DNA of 64,000 bases, from the NCBI GenBank assembly GCA_001938485.1, contig MQRK01254997.1:1-64000 (forward strand). Reading direction: 5' to 3'. Each line of letters starts with the position of its first letter. Position 1 is the first letter of the stretch. The notes beneath the pieces were generated by a model. It searched no databases. It was not told the DNA's origin and saw only the letters and a program-made list of their open reading frames with translations. This document shows, one piece after another, positions 14,545 to 27,697 of this stretch. The stretch comes from Girardia tigrina (lineage: Eukaryota). The position numbers were made by a program, and so were the translations under genes.

Positions 14545-14948
14545 AAGAGCATGACTTAAAGCGTTTGAAATGAAGTGCTACAGGAGAATCCTGATGATCA
14601 CGTGGAAAGTAAAGAAGACCAACGACTTTGTCTGGGGGAGAGTGACAGAAATACTAGGTAAAAAACCGGAATCAATAGAAGAGACCATCAAGAGAAGGAT
14701 GCTGAAATTCTATGGACATCAGATAAGAAAACAAGCTCTGGCAAAGGTTATGATTTAAAGAAGAGTGAAAGGAAAATGACTAAGGAAGACCAAATAGACA
14801 ATGGAAAAATAAATTAAAAGAATAGAGGGAATTGAAAATGGAATGTCTGAGACAAGAGGCTACAAATAGAGCAACGTGGCAAAGGCTTATGGATAATTGG
14901 GTGCACCCATGGCCCAATGGCTAAAGTCACAAAGAAAGAATAAAGAAT
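14545..14948 (+). mobile_element. RTE-clade non-LTR retrotransposon 3' end
   Basis: LKAFEMKCYRRILMITW..TNDFV..IKRRMLKFYGHQIR, followed by an AAGA-rich tail. Confidence 0.85.
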
Positions 14949-15499
14949 CATTATGATCTAGATATTAGAAATTACTTTGTGGTCGTCATTTGTTTGATAG
15001 CCCTTAGATAGAAATGACCATTATAATGTACCCTGCCATTTCTTGCAGTCAGTTATTGACGACTATATAATCTGCCTTCTGTTCAATATCGGAGAATTCA
15101 ATATATTTGTTGGGTTTTATATTATTATTTTAATTTTATTAAGTTGTTGTACTGTGAGTTTTCACATTTGTCCCAACATATTATTTTGATATGTCTCCCC
15201 GCAAAGTATACCTAACTCACACTAATAAGAGATCCATATCGTGCCCAATCAACCCCATCTGGCCCTTTTATCTCACCAATGAAATTGATGACGTACCAAT
15301 TGAGTTCTACAATATATTTAAATATACTAGGTCTATGAAAGTTGACTTATGCTACTTTTATTTAATTAATGATTATCTTATTTTTGTTTCAACATGTTTC
15401 TTTTTGATTTGATTATTGTATTTCTTATCATGATTTTATCATTTTTTCATGCCAGAGATTAAAGCTAAAAGAACATGAAAAAATTATATGTAGACATTG

Positions 15500-16603
15500 T
15501 CTTATTAAAATATAACAAGAAACCATCCATCGTCTTAGTCACCAAATCTGATAGATTGACAAACTCTTCATCTTTACCAACTGTAGGCGGTCATGATTAT
15601 CCCTCTGAATTTTAAGTTTTGACTTGATATCCAGTCATGCTTGTTGATCTATAGTCTCTTGGAAATTATTTGTTGGGAAAAACAACAAATTTGATTAGAG
15701 GTATCAAAATCAGAAGACTCTCTTTGACTTTTGTTATTTCTGATTACATTCTTTCCATCTTTGACGTAAACCTCTATACGACTGGTGTTAAAAACAGCTT
15801 GCAGCTCACTCTTGGTTTGTTGAAACATTTGAGCTTTTCGCTTCCTCTGCTCACGCCGCTTCTGTGATCAGCTTAGCATGCCAGAGGAAGATGATACCAT
15901 ATCCTCTTTCATAATTGACCCGTAAATTTTTGGGTTCTTTACCAGAGGTTTCTTTTCCGAATTTGACCCAATCTTGTTTGCGGTGTATAGAATTAACTCC
16001 GGTTGCTCATCTGAGACTTTCTCCATCGCCTTTTTGTAGTAGCTGGACATCTTTTGCCAAATCCTCATCTCGGTGGCCTCTTGTTTTGTAAAAACTTTAT
16101 ATTTTGTTGTCCAAGCAAATATTTATCCACAACCGGTTTATGATTTGAGAGAGGGACTGAATGTTTTCTGTTGTCCTCAAATTTGGTTGTCCTTCTTGTC
16201 AATTCGTCATTCAGCTTGACATATTCTTCTTTCCATTTCTGCAACTTCAGCAGTAGTTGTCTTTGTTGCTCTCCGCTTTCATTAATTTTTCTATTCATGC
16301 TGAATAATGCCGATGAGTGGATTACAATTGAAGAAAAAAAATTAAAAACAAACAACAAAAAAAATAATTGATGGAGGCTGAGAGAAACGAATTCTCTTCT
16401 AGAAATGAAACTTGGCAAGAACTTGCTCAAATGTGCAGATCGTCAATAGTCTCGGCACGTACTATAAGCACCTGCCGTTAATCTATTAACAGATCGGCAG
16501 TCATCAAATTACCTCAAAACCTGTTCATATTCCATACCTGATCGTCAATAGTCTCGACAAAAACTATAAGACCCTACCGTTATCTATCGACAGATCGGAA
16601 GTC
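15500..16603 (-). mobile_element. Decayed gag/ORF1-like region with a duplicated hairpin unit upstream
   Basis: Adjacent ORFs 16065-16430 and 15868-16068 (coiled-coil, then KNPKIYGS). Duplicated ~65-bp unit at 16438-16502 and 16540-16603. Confidence 0.35.
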
Positions 16604-17529
16604 TTGAGGATGTTCCCCAACCTCCATCAACTTCAAAAATAAGAAATAAAATCTAAAAATTACCTAGATTCAAAACAATATTTTCAATAAAATTTATTCA
16701 ATGAAAAAAGTCTGATCTAGTGCTCAAATTCGGATGAATTTATACACTTTTCCTTTATACAAAAATTTCAAAAAGTCCATAACCGGACAATTCTCACTAT
16801 CAACCTTCAATCATCCATCACTAAGTCAAGAGTCATCAGATAGAAACAACCCAAAGACGGTCAAAATTACGATCAAATCCACGTCAACAAATCAGGTCAT
16901 CAAATTCTAACAAGAAAATATTCAAATCAATAGGATCCATGAGTCAAAATCAATTAAAAGTTTCTCTTTTTTATTTAATTAATATTATCAATTATAATTA
17001 TAATCTTTCATTTTTTAGGTTCGGATATTTTTTAGGTATGGATTATTAAAATAAAATACATTTTTTAATCTATAAATATTGACGTTAAAATATGTCTGTA
17101 TCATTTTTTTACTATTATTACTTTTATATTAGCCTCACGACTTATTAGGTTCATCACGTACTGTTTATCGAATTAATACATTTATGGTTTTAGGTATTCC
17201 TTCTTTCAAGGAATTACAACGTTTAACGACATTTTTAATTTTTACCGTAGTGAAAAGGATAGCATTAAACCCTATGAGAGAAAAAGTCAAATATTTTTTA
17301 GATTGGGATAAACAAGTTACATTAGGCTTAGCAGCGATTTGTTCGTAACTCAATAAGATTTATGTGCGAAATCTCTTTTTGTTTTCCCATATTATAATTT
17401 CAATCCCATATTTAACGAGTGTGAATGATTTGTAAAATATATAATATAAATATGTCTCATTTTTTTAATTTTAAAAAATTAAATTAAACGTAATACTTAT
17501 GGTAACTCTAGACAGAAAATATTCTTATC

Positions 17530-17880
17530 AGAATTTAATCCCTGATAGAATCATTCCTTTAACATACTTTCTTTTTTGACATTCGTGACACTAGGATGAA
17601 TAGGAAATATCGTAATGAATTATACAGAAAGGCAACAGATACAGATTTCTATACAACTTCATACAGTTTTTGTGATGAAAAATTTAAAGGTAGTCTTATA
17701 AAGAACTTAGTTCACAAAATTTGGAATTTATCTTCTAATTTTGAAATCGCAAAATCATAGTTTAAGTATTCTTAGAATACGCCTGAAGGACAACATGTAC
17801 ATAAACATGGATTAAGAAAGGACTTAAGAAAGAAAACATTAAACAGCATAAAAAAAATCAAAGTACCATATTCCAAAGAG
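17530..17880 (+). mobile_element. Penelope-like RT thumb fragment
   Basis: LSFFDIR..ELYRKATDTDFYTTSYSFCDEKFKGSLIKNLVHKIWNLSS. Confidence 0.75.
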
Positions 17881-20438
17881 TATTCAGACTCTCCAATATA
17901 AGTCTCCAATATCTTTTTAATGGTATTGAGCTTGTAGGGTCTTTAGCGTTTCCACATAAACTAACAAGTCCCCAGCAATCCACCGATAGGCTTCCTAAGA
18001 GGTCAGATAGTTTTGCTCTTCCAGATCCTTCCGGATTCTTTGTAAGAAAGGACCACCCATGGGTTGTTTATCCATGTTTCTGCATACTTTTGGCTGTATT
18101 CATATACTTCGTACAGCCGCAAAAGAGACATCTGCACTCTCCCCTTGCAGTGAGATCTAAAATCCTAAAAGTCAGATATGTTTCTTCAGTATCCTGATTA
18201 ATGGATTTTTATCTTGAAATACCATGTCTTATTTTTATCCCTTGCATATTTATACTTTATATATCGCCACGTAATTATGAAGATTAATTTTATGTCTTCT
18301 CTGTGACATCCGCACTAATTTAAATCTATTCGTTAAGATTATATTGATTTATTAATACGTTATCCAATAGAACATCCAGACATATGACCTCCATTGTTTT
18401 TTCGTTAATTTCATATTTCGTTTTTTATTATTGTGAGTTAGGAAATGTTGATGTGTGCGAAGAGTAAGATGATGAAGAGATCTATGACATAATTAACCTA
18501 TGAGATAATGACTGAGAGTATGATGAGAGTTGTAATGTGTGATGTGTATGTTGAGTATGCGTGTGAATTCACCAATTGGAAAGCTTCAGAAGTCATGTAA
18601 TAGTATTGTTACGTATTTCCCCAGATGACGTGATACAATAACTATAAATAGACGGGGTTGTGTGTTTTGAAATACAAATTGTAATATCGTTGAATTATTT
18701 AATTAGTGATTATAGCGACAGAACTAACAATTATGTCAGAATGTGTTTTAATAAAAATAAAGAACTAAAATAATAACTTTCAAATGTATTACAAACTAAT
18801 TACAGTTTTACAAAAAAAGCAAAATCGAGAATAAAAAGATTATCAAATATTGAAATATTTCTGTAATTTCTCAACTACTGCTCAAGTGGAGAATCCTTTT
18901 TTTGAGTAATTAAAACAAATTTTACAGTCTTAACACTTTTGAATCATAATTCCCTGTCGTATGTACATTTATGTTCGTCTGAAATTATGTTAAAACAACC
19001 TGGGACTATTGACGAAACGCATCCTTCATGCATGCCGTGTAGCTAATGATAGATGGAGTCGCATATGAAACTGAACAGAAAATCTTAGATATTTTTTTTA
19101 ATTATATCCCATTGCCCGAATAAAAATTCTCGGCAAAAAAGTTTGGAAAATAATGGCGTGTGATACTAATTTTATTAGTCTTTCTCTAATCTTAAAATAA
19201 ACGGCGAAAGCCACTGTGATTTGTCACAGAAAGACTGAAATAAAATTTAAGAAAAAAATTGCAAATTAAATTTCAATAATATATTATTCTTTTAAGTTTA
19301 AGTTTCAAATTCAAATATATTAATAAATTTTCTAAGTTCAATGAATATTCTCTTCTTATAAATATAAACATTGAAGATTATTTTCAAATGTTTTACCATT
19401 AATAATACTTGTTGTTACCACAAATTTTACCTCACCAAAAAATATTTCAACAATAGAACCATAATCATTGCTCGTTTATTGTAAGCAGAACTTGATTTTT
19501 TATCAATGATTTTACCTTCATCTCAACATCCTTTCAAATCAACTAATCTAACAGTTTGAGGTTTTGCAATAACTGAGGCTACGATATTGTAGATTAGAAC
19601 AGAAATATTGACGGAAAAACCGAATGATACTCGATGGACAGCTGAACAGGGACACCATCTTACTAAAACACAAACTGGTTATCAGAGTATATTTTCAATA
19701 ATTATACAATTATCTTCGTCGTCATTGTGATGATCGCAATAGTATCATTTGACATGAAGATTACAGACATTTACATTCCTTTACTTGTCATGATATCAAC
19801 AGAACTGGGATGCCTCAATAACCATCTGTTGTGTTTCGTGGTTAACATAAAAAGAAAAATCAAATATTCCATACACTCTCTTTGACAAATTTCTTTTCTG
19901 CTATTTCATGTCAAGTTTCTTTGATTACTTGAACAAATACACAAAAACTATCTGCTTTATTGTTTTTACGAGACCAGTGTTTTCTTTGGGGGCTGTTTAT
20001 ATCTTTAAGTAATTGATTCTGTAGTTGTAATTGATTCTGCAACTACCTTTCTACCCGTTCCTCGATTGAGGTGACTTCCTAGTCCCAAAAGTATTCTTAA
20101 TAAACAGTTAAGTAAACAATATTTATTTTGTGGACCACCTTTTTAGATATAAATTAAAATGTCAAAAAAACTAAAATTTGTGAAAGAACATGAGCTTTTA
20201 AGTTTAAATAATTATCCAGCTGTAAAATAAATTTTCTTAAACACTGAAAAAAATGTCAAAATGGAGATAAAGTTAACAAAGAATCTGAGGAAATATTTTG
20301 ACATATCATGAAAGGATAATCACTGAGGCATTATTGATAAAGTATTTAAAAACATGCTAAAAAGTCCAAAGTGGTTTGTCCAATCACATCTAAACACATC
20401 CGTAAAAAGCTAGTCATGCGTGTTTTACTATTTCTAAA

Positions 20439-20700
20439 CATTATATATTCTGTTGGTTTAACTCTCATCCTCACATCATTGATTTTGACCTTTTTTATTG
20501 CTCTGTTAGAAGAAATGAACAATAACGCAATTCATTACGTAAGTCTTATGGAAAACTCTTAACAAATTAGTTGAGAGTGCTGTTTCAACATTGATTTTTG
20601 AATCACATGATCTTATCAACAATGCTTCACATGACACTCTCTCCCAATAATTTTTAAAATGCTTGCATAAAATCTCTAAATCATTTATGCTCATATTACA
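20439..20700 (-). mobile_element. Penelope-like 3' end with a degenerate hammerhead (20439-20477)
   Basis: EILCKHFKNYWERVSCEALLIRSCDSKINVET, then GAT-GTGAGGA-T-GAGAGT-TAA-ACCAAC-AGAA-TATA-TA. Confidence 0.8.
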
Positions 20701-20784
20701 GTTGTTAGGGTTTCATTTTGGTGAACTGTAAATTTTTGATATTTTTAAATTAAAAATCCTAATTATATTTGAGATAAATTAAAA

Positions 20785-21000
20785 AATAATATTTTTACTA
20801 ATTAAAATAAAATAAGTTTTTATTATAGTCTAATGATAATATTTTACTAATTAAATTGACACAACTTTTGAAAGAAATTATATATAAAAAATTTAAGTTT
20901 ATAGATAATAATTTTTACTAATTAAAATGAAATAAGTTTTATAAAAAATTATAGTGTAGTGATAATATTTCATTAATTAAATTGAAAGAACTTTTATAAA
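20785..21000. repeat. AT-rich minisatellite, about 4 diverged units
   Basis: Repeated ATAATATTTTTACTAATTAAAAT core. Confidence 0.6.
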
Positions 21001-21316
21001 AATTAGGTTTAAAAAAATGACAATTAAAATAACAGTTTCAGAGTAAAAGAATATTGTAAATAAAATTTTGATATATCTTGTAACACTTTTAAAATAAAAA
21101 TCATAATGTTTATTGAATTTAATTGTCAAGGGAAATTCTCATTAAAAAATAATTTATAATTGAATTTTAAAATTAAAGAAAAATTATTTAAGAAATGAAT
21201 TTTTATAACACATGTCCATTAAAATAATTTTAAAGATCGAAATTTATATTTCAAATTAATAAACATTGTAAAAATTAATAAAGAAAAATAGGATTTATAT
21301 AAAATTGAATACATTA

Positions 21317-21380
<64 letters not shown>

Positions 21381-21539
21381 ATTATTATTTATATTTAGAA
21401 TTTGAAAATCTGGTTTATGTAACTGAAATATTGTTCCTCATAAATTTGTTTGAATAATGAAAGTTGTTTGAGAAATAAAGTTTATAAATAATTATTTGGA
21501 TTTTATACACGAACCCAATAACAGTTACATGTTTTTTTA

Positions 21540-21800
21540 TGCTTAGCAATATTATTCTTTCCCCCTTTTTGACTGTGTTCTTGGACTCGTTTTAAGAGAT
21601 GGCGGGCAATCTCTCCGATGTATGTTACATTGCACCAATTACGTGCTTATTGATAAACAATATCCGAACACAAACCTAAAGGAGTATGTGATTTATTGCT
21701 AAACATATTTTCATCTTTAAATGATTGAGATATAATTTTTAAATGTAAAATATTATTTGTTGATTTGAAGATAAAATTCTTTAGGTGTTTAAAATATATT
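21540..21800 (-). mobile_element. Penelope-like GIY-YIG fragment
   Basis: Nucleotide similarity to 2200-2330 and 4500-4660 (SDIVY..TYIGE). Confidence 0.75.
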
Positions 21801-22441
21801 TTTAAATGGCGTTCATTTTTAATATTTTAAATTAAATAAAAGTTTTAAGGGTATAATTGCAATTTAATTTTCAGGTGTATATTGAAATTTTTTTTCTGTT
21901 TTCTTAAAATGATAAATTGCAATGTATGTCTTTCTATGTATGTATTAAAAATATATATTAACCAGTACAATATTTTATAAGTGAAAACGTATGTTGTTTA
22001 ATGATTGTATTGTGAAAAATAAAGGAAATATGTGGTAATACCGTTGACAAAAAAATGTTGCCAAAGATTGTATTTTAAATATTGTATTTCGAATTAATGT
22101 GAAATCGTTTAATAGAAAATTCCTCATGATTCCATATTCGTCATTTGATTTACCATTTAGTGATCTCAAATTGACAATAATCGTTGCAGAAAATTATGTA
22201 ATTTCATCAAAATTTTGGTTTTCCTGTAATTCAGGGAATAATAAACGAGAAAGAGCCTTCAAAAGGTCTTAATTTTTGATTGTGGAAAAGTGACTGAGGT
22301 AATTGCAGCAGCTCACATGCGGAACAAGAATACGCAGCGAACGGTTGACAGAAAAACAGCTGGTTGCCAATGTTCTCCAGATATAAAAAAATAATAAAGT
22401 TTCAATGATTAAAGAGAACTTTTAATATTATATTTCAAATA

Positions 22442-23930
22442 CTTAGGCTGTCCCAAAAGTCCTCAGGTGGCCTTTAAAAACACACTACTATTTTACCAAA
22501 TTTAACCAAATTTGGACTGAATATTATTCAGACTGTCATAAATACTCTGTTAAAATTTCAAAGCATTAAATTTGAAACTTACCAAAAAAATAATATTATT
22601 AACCAACAAAAAAAATTAGATGCAGCGAATTTAAAAATTTATTTAAAAAAATATTTTAAAATTTCTTAAGCAACAACATATTCACCATTGTTGTCAATAA
22701 CCAACTGACAAAAAGTTTATGTAGTTGATTTTTTAATGTTTCTGTTGATAAAGAATTAAAAAAGAATTTACAAGCTTCTTCAATTTCTTCATGTGATTTG
22801 AAAACATGATTTTTAAAACTTTTCTTCATTTTAGAAAACAAGAATCTGTCACACAGATTAAAATCTGGACTATAGGGCGATTGATAATTTTTTTCAATTT
22901 TTCTTCTTTCAAAAAAAAAGAGTTGTTTCTTTGCTAGAATGAGGTCTTGCATTATCATGCCACCACTTAAGTTCTTTTAGCTTGATGCTGTTAGATCTAA
23001 GTTTCCGCCATTTTTCACCGGTGTCATGAACAAAGTTTACATAAGCCTCAGAATCAATCTTGGTACCATATAGCAATGCTTTTACATTAAAACGTTTGTT
23101 GCAGGTAAATGTTACGAAAACAAGAGATTTTTTATTAGTCATTGGCGATGGCTTTATCACTTTTGGTGGAACAGTATGAAGGAATCCAAACTTTGTGATC
23201 TTCTTTCTTTCCTCTATCTTGGAAAAAGACCCATATCTAATCCTCGATCGTTATGTTGGAATATGCTTCATCACCCATCTGTGAAATTACAAGGCATATA
23301 TGCTTTGCAGTGTTAATGCATTGTTGTTTATTAGCAGCAGAAGGTTCGTGAGGGACCCAAACAGAGCAAACTTTTTGTAATGAAGTTTTTCACGCAAAAT
23401 TTTGTGAACTGTATTTTTGCCTAAAGAAAGTTCATTTTCAATATAACGCAAAAACGCATTTGGAGCTTCATCAATTACTTTTTTGACTGCTTTAATCTTT
23501 TCATCGTATATTAATGACGGCCTGCCACTTCTTGATGAATCGTCGAAGGACGTCCGCTTTTATTTTTTAAAATCAGTCAACCATTATTGAATAGTTTTCA
23601 ATGCTGCGTGATTTGCGTCTTCCCATGCCTGCTGAAGTTGCTGAAGAATTTCTGAAGCAGAGAATCCTCTTTTACTTTGAGTTAGAACAAAAAACGTTGG
23701 CAAGATTTATTTGGTTCCATTGTTAAAAACCGCTTGATTTGAATTCGCTGCACTTTTAAAATTTCAATACTTTAATAAAACAAAATTTAACTTTTTTTTA
23801 ATTTTATGCTTTGAAATTTTAACACAGTATTTATGACAGTGTAAATAATATTCAGTCCAAATTTGGTTAAATTTGGTAAAATATTAGTGTGTTTTTAAAG
23901 GCCACCTGAGGACTTTTGGGACAGCCTAAG
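22442..23930 (-). mobile_element. Full-length mariner with long TIRs (1489 bp); transposase pseudogene 22666-23720
   Basis: TIR CTTAGGCTGTCCCAAAAGTCCTCAGGTGGCC.. near-identical for ~130 bp; TA TSD. Motifs SRSGRP, WVPHE, HDNARPH, PYSPDFNLCD. Confidence 0.95.
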
Positions 23931-24395
23931 TATTAAAAAAACTAAAATAAATTTCAATGCAATTGAAATTTTAATATAATATTCTTTTGATTTCAGAAAA
24001 TTGTGATAATCTAAACTTTTTAAAAAAATTTCTTAATATTCTTTTAGTTTATTGTAAATTGATTTTCTTTTTTATTCTTTGAAGATATTTTTCTGACAAA
24101 AATTGTTATAATAAAAAAACTCTTCTTTCTAAAAGAATTTGGAAAAGAAATTTGTTTTGTAGTTTTATTTAATAAACGAAATAAGTTTTTAAACATATTT
24201 CTAGCGGAAATATTGGCTCATTTTAGATTTGTTTACTTTTGTAGTTTATAGCGTAAATTAATACTTTAAATTAACTGTCTCAAAATTAAATAATCTCTAA
24301 ATGTAAATATTATTAAATAATATTAGGAAGAAGTCACTATTTTCGTTGTACAATATTAACATTTAGTTAATAAATTTTATATAATTATTTTTAAA

Positions 24396-24451
<56 letters not shown>

Positions 24452-25089
24452 ATATATATATATGCATATATGTTTCTTTAAACCATTAAATAATAATACT
24501 CGGTAATATATATGCACCATATATATCTAAAAAAAGCTTGTTATCAAGGTAAATAATTTTTCATTGAAATGACCTCATTTTCCGTTCTCAAAAATTTATA
24601 TAGGCTGTAGTAGGATCCCTTAGCTCAAAGCATAAGGTATTTTTATTGGGACTATACTAAATAATTGTCATATAACGATTTAAATATTTCATACTTTAAA
24701 TTACTGTTGTTATTTTCGATTTTTTCTGTAGTTAAAAGACAAATACATAATTAAAAAAATGGATAAAATATATCCGGAAATTTTATTCACGTATAAAATG
24801 GGTACAGGAGTTGTCGATGAGAGCCGTTATGATTCTGCGACATTTCGGAGCAGTATTATTTTTAATGTTATCTTAAATATTTTTTACATTATACAATTCT
24901 TATACATTATTATTGTTCCTATAGATGTAAAACTAAATATATTTAAGATATTTTAAAATATACAGTTTGCAAATATTTATATTTTTATCGATATTTATTG
25001 TTTTAAAATCACTATTAGTATAATTTGTCTTTAAATGTATATATCTATAAAATGTATATTTCACTTTCATTACATTTCGTATGGCTCTT

Positions 25090-25353
25090 GTTGTCGGCAA
25101 GCTTGATTCTTGCTTTCGTCCAGAAGTGCGTTTTGATAAAAAGGGGCGAAACAATCATGATTTATAGCCCTACGGAAGGCCGTTGATTCTTTAGACCTGA
25201 CCGATGAATATCTCTGTCTTCATTTCTGAATCTCTTTTCTCCGGTACAAAGAGTGCGGAAACTTATGAAGGCTTTCAGAACGTATTCGTCGTATAATTTA
25301 ATTTTTTTTGGTCGAGTTTCTTTGTTGGCAACAACTTCAACATACATTTTCAA
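25090..25353 (-). mobile_element. piggyBac (PGBD4-like) transposase remnant
   Basis: DEYVLKAFIS..GEKRFRNE..QRPSV resembles the ELKAFIG..G..K.RNE..GRP region. Confidence 0.4.
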
Positions 25354-25771
25354 CTCGATGTTTAAAAAAATGAAATCAAATGAAAAATTAAAAATATTTT
25401 AAAAGCTATGTATTTTGGCTTTCTTTTTAAAAAAATTCTATTTCCCAGTAACACTTTAGTACAGCAATTACACAAAAAAATACTTTTTTAAATTTTAAAA
25501 CTGATTTTTACATTTTAAATTTTGCTATTTATTTACAAATTTATTCACATATTTTTTATGCAAGAAAAAATTCCTTAAAACTTGTTTTCACTTATTTTCT
25601 AAACAAAATAAAAATCATATTTTATCCGAGTGGGTCCGAATTATTATGTGTAATGAAAAATGAGAGCCAGTGGATCTATATCCTCCATTAACTAAATAAA
25701 TTAATAAACACAAAGTAATCTGGAAAATTTATTATTTAGCATAAAAAATATCAGGTCGTTTCAGAATTACA

Positions 25772-26155
25772 TAGTCTAAATGTCAATTCATTTGGTGGTA
25801 TGGACATAAATAGATTGGGTTCCTGAGTTCCAAATCAGGAATAAGTATGTTTCTGTACCTGTAAAAATGCGTCAACTAAAATCGTCAACATGCGATTTGT
25901 TGAACAAATGTTGATTCCATGTTGAGAGTGTTACTAAACATTCATCGGGTGAAACTCACAATGCGAGTGGTCTAGGTGTCGTTAGTTTGATGGAAATTTG
26001 TCGGCGAAAGTACCATGTGGACGAATTTTCAGTACCGGCTAAACCAAAAAACCCGATGAATGAATAGTGCTCCGGTTGGATGCGTCACAGTTAATGTTAT
26101 GGAAATCAATTTGTTGATTTTCTCAATGAGGACAAAAATCCGCTGACATTGATTA
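25772..26155 (+). ncRNA. Candidate ~385-nt structured non-coding RNA, family unassigned
   Basis: Nested helices with many G-U pairs on the + strand, e.g. 25939-25950/26051-26062 (12 bp perfect) and 25988-26002/26020-26034 (14 of 15). No long ORF. Confidence 0.55.
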
Positions 26156-27697
26156 GTACAGAATACTTAAACACTGGATTGTATAATTTTTAACTCAGTA
26201 TCAAATATGTCAATTTTTTAAAAAACCTACTTTACTTATTGATAATATTAAACATACAATTTGAAAAAGCCATGTCAATTGGTGTCATACCACAACAAAA
26301 GATTCTGGATCAAGAGCGACCGTTTTGCTGTAAACCTTAATAATAAACATAATATTTTATTTTTATTATCAACAATGTATTATTTTATATTATTTTTTAA
26401 TTCCTTAATTGATTTATTTATTGCCTTTTCGACGTATTTACTTAATATAATCTTGAACTTTTCAATTGTCTTAATCAAATTTGAGATTATAATTTATTAA
26501 TAAGTTAAAGAGAGACAGTTTGGGCAAATTCTCACATTATTTAAATAGGAAAATGGTTTCAGTCGGATGTAAATCGGAACTCATCAAATAATAATTATCG
26601 CAATATTTCCCTATGATTAATTAAAATAAATATCATCATAGTATTGTATTCCATTAAACACTAATGTCCGATTTTCATTACATTTACAATTACTAAATAA
26701 AAAAGACAATGAGAAAAGAAAATTTTAATTTCTTGTTTTAATGAAAAATATTTTATTATTTTTTTCATAAATCCAAACTTCTATTTTCAGTAACATCCGG
26801 AAATGAAGGAAAATTAAATTATACTTTTTATTAGAAAATATTTTTTTTATTTTAATTTAAATTATGTGTTTATTTTTTTTTTGATACATTAAAATCAATT
26901 TATGAAATTTTATAAAATAAAAATAAATCTTTCAAATAAGTAACAATAAATAAATAAATTTAAAAAAATAAATATAAACAAAAATTCTACAATATAAAAT
27001 AATTCATTAATTTTCAAAGTCCTAGAAGAAAAAGGTAATTGCTTTTGCGTTCTGATGAAAATTAAGAAGAAGACATTGTGAAACGTTTATTTAATAAACC
27101 AATAANNNNNNNNNNNNNNNNNNNNNNNNNNNNNNNNNNNNNNNNNNNNNNNNNNNNNNNNNNNNNNNNNNNNNNNNNNNNNNNNNNNNNNNNNNNNNNN
27201 NNNNNNNNNNNNNNNNNNNNNNNNNNNNNNNNNNNNNNNNNNNNCTTTAAATAAACATTTTAATAAATTTCGTTAAAATTTAATATTTATTATGATATTT
27301 AGTTTTTTTATGTTGTATCTACTTTTTAAAGTTTATTAAATTCTGTTTAACTATTTTTCAGATCTGTTATGTTATATTTATATTGATCTTCATTTTTATT
27401 TATATATTCTTATTTATATTTACATCAAAATACAAGTAAAATAATTAATTTATTATTTAGGTATTGTTATTTATTTATAATTTAATTTGCAATGTCATTA
27501 TGATTTATAATTTCATTCAAAAATTAAAATTAATAAAAAATCAATAGAATTAAAATAATTATTTGATTATAAAAACAGACAGTATTTCTTACTACAATAC
27601 GTACTGTGAATCATCCATCCATTTCAACTCATAGGAGTTTACTATTCTAACAACAAACCTAGAAACTCATTTGTGTTTACAAATTTACCGATTACCT

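Noticed and set aside
16438-16603. HDV-like ribozyme
   Set aside because: The helix order looks similar, but there is no L3 UCC/P1.1 and no catalytic C-N-R-A. Two simple hairpins explain it.
18595-18745. Short LTR with a degenerate PBS (ACA..TGTCAGAA)
   Set aside because: No TSD or partner LTR, and the PBS lacks TGG.
18900-19020. Merlin/IS1595-like fragment (IVPG..IISDE)
   Set aside because: A single short degenerate motif.
25772-26155. Assignment as SRP RNA, canonical RNase P/MRP or telomerase RNA
   Set aside because: Only partial resemblances (CCTGTAA, GAATAG, CR-V-like). The SRP helix-8 CAGG/AGCA motif, CR-I GGAARNUC and a CTAACCCT template are all absent.
27048-27090. Hammerhead-like CTGATGA...GAAACGTT
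   Set aside because: No stem II pairing between the boxes, and it lies next to a gap.
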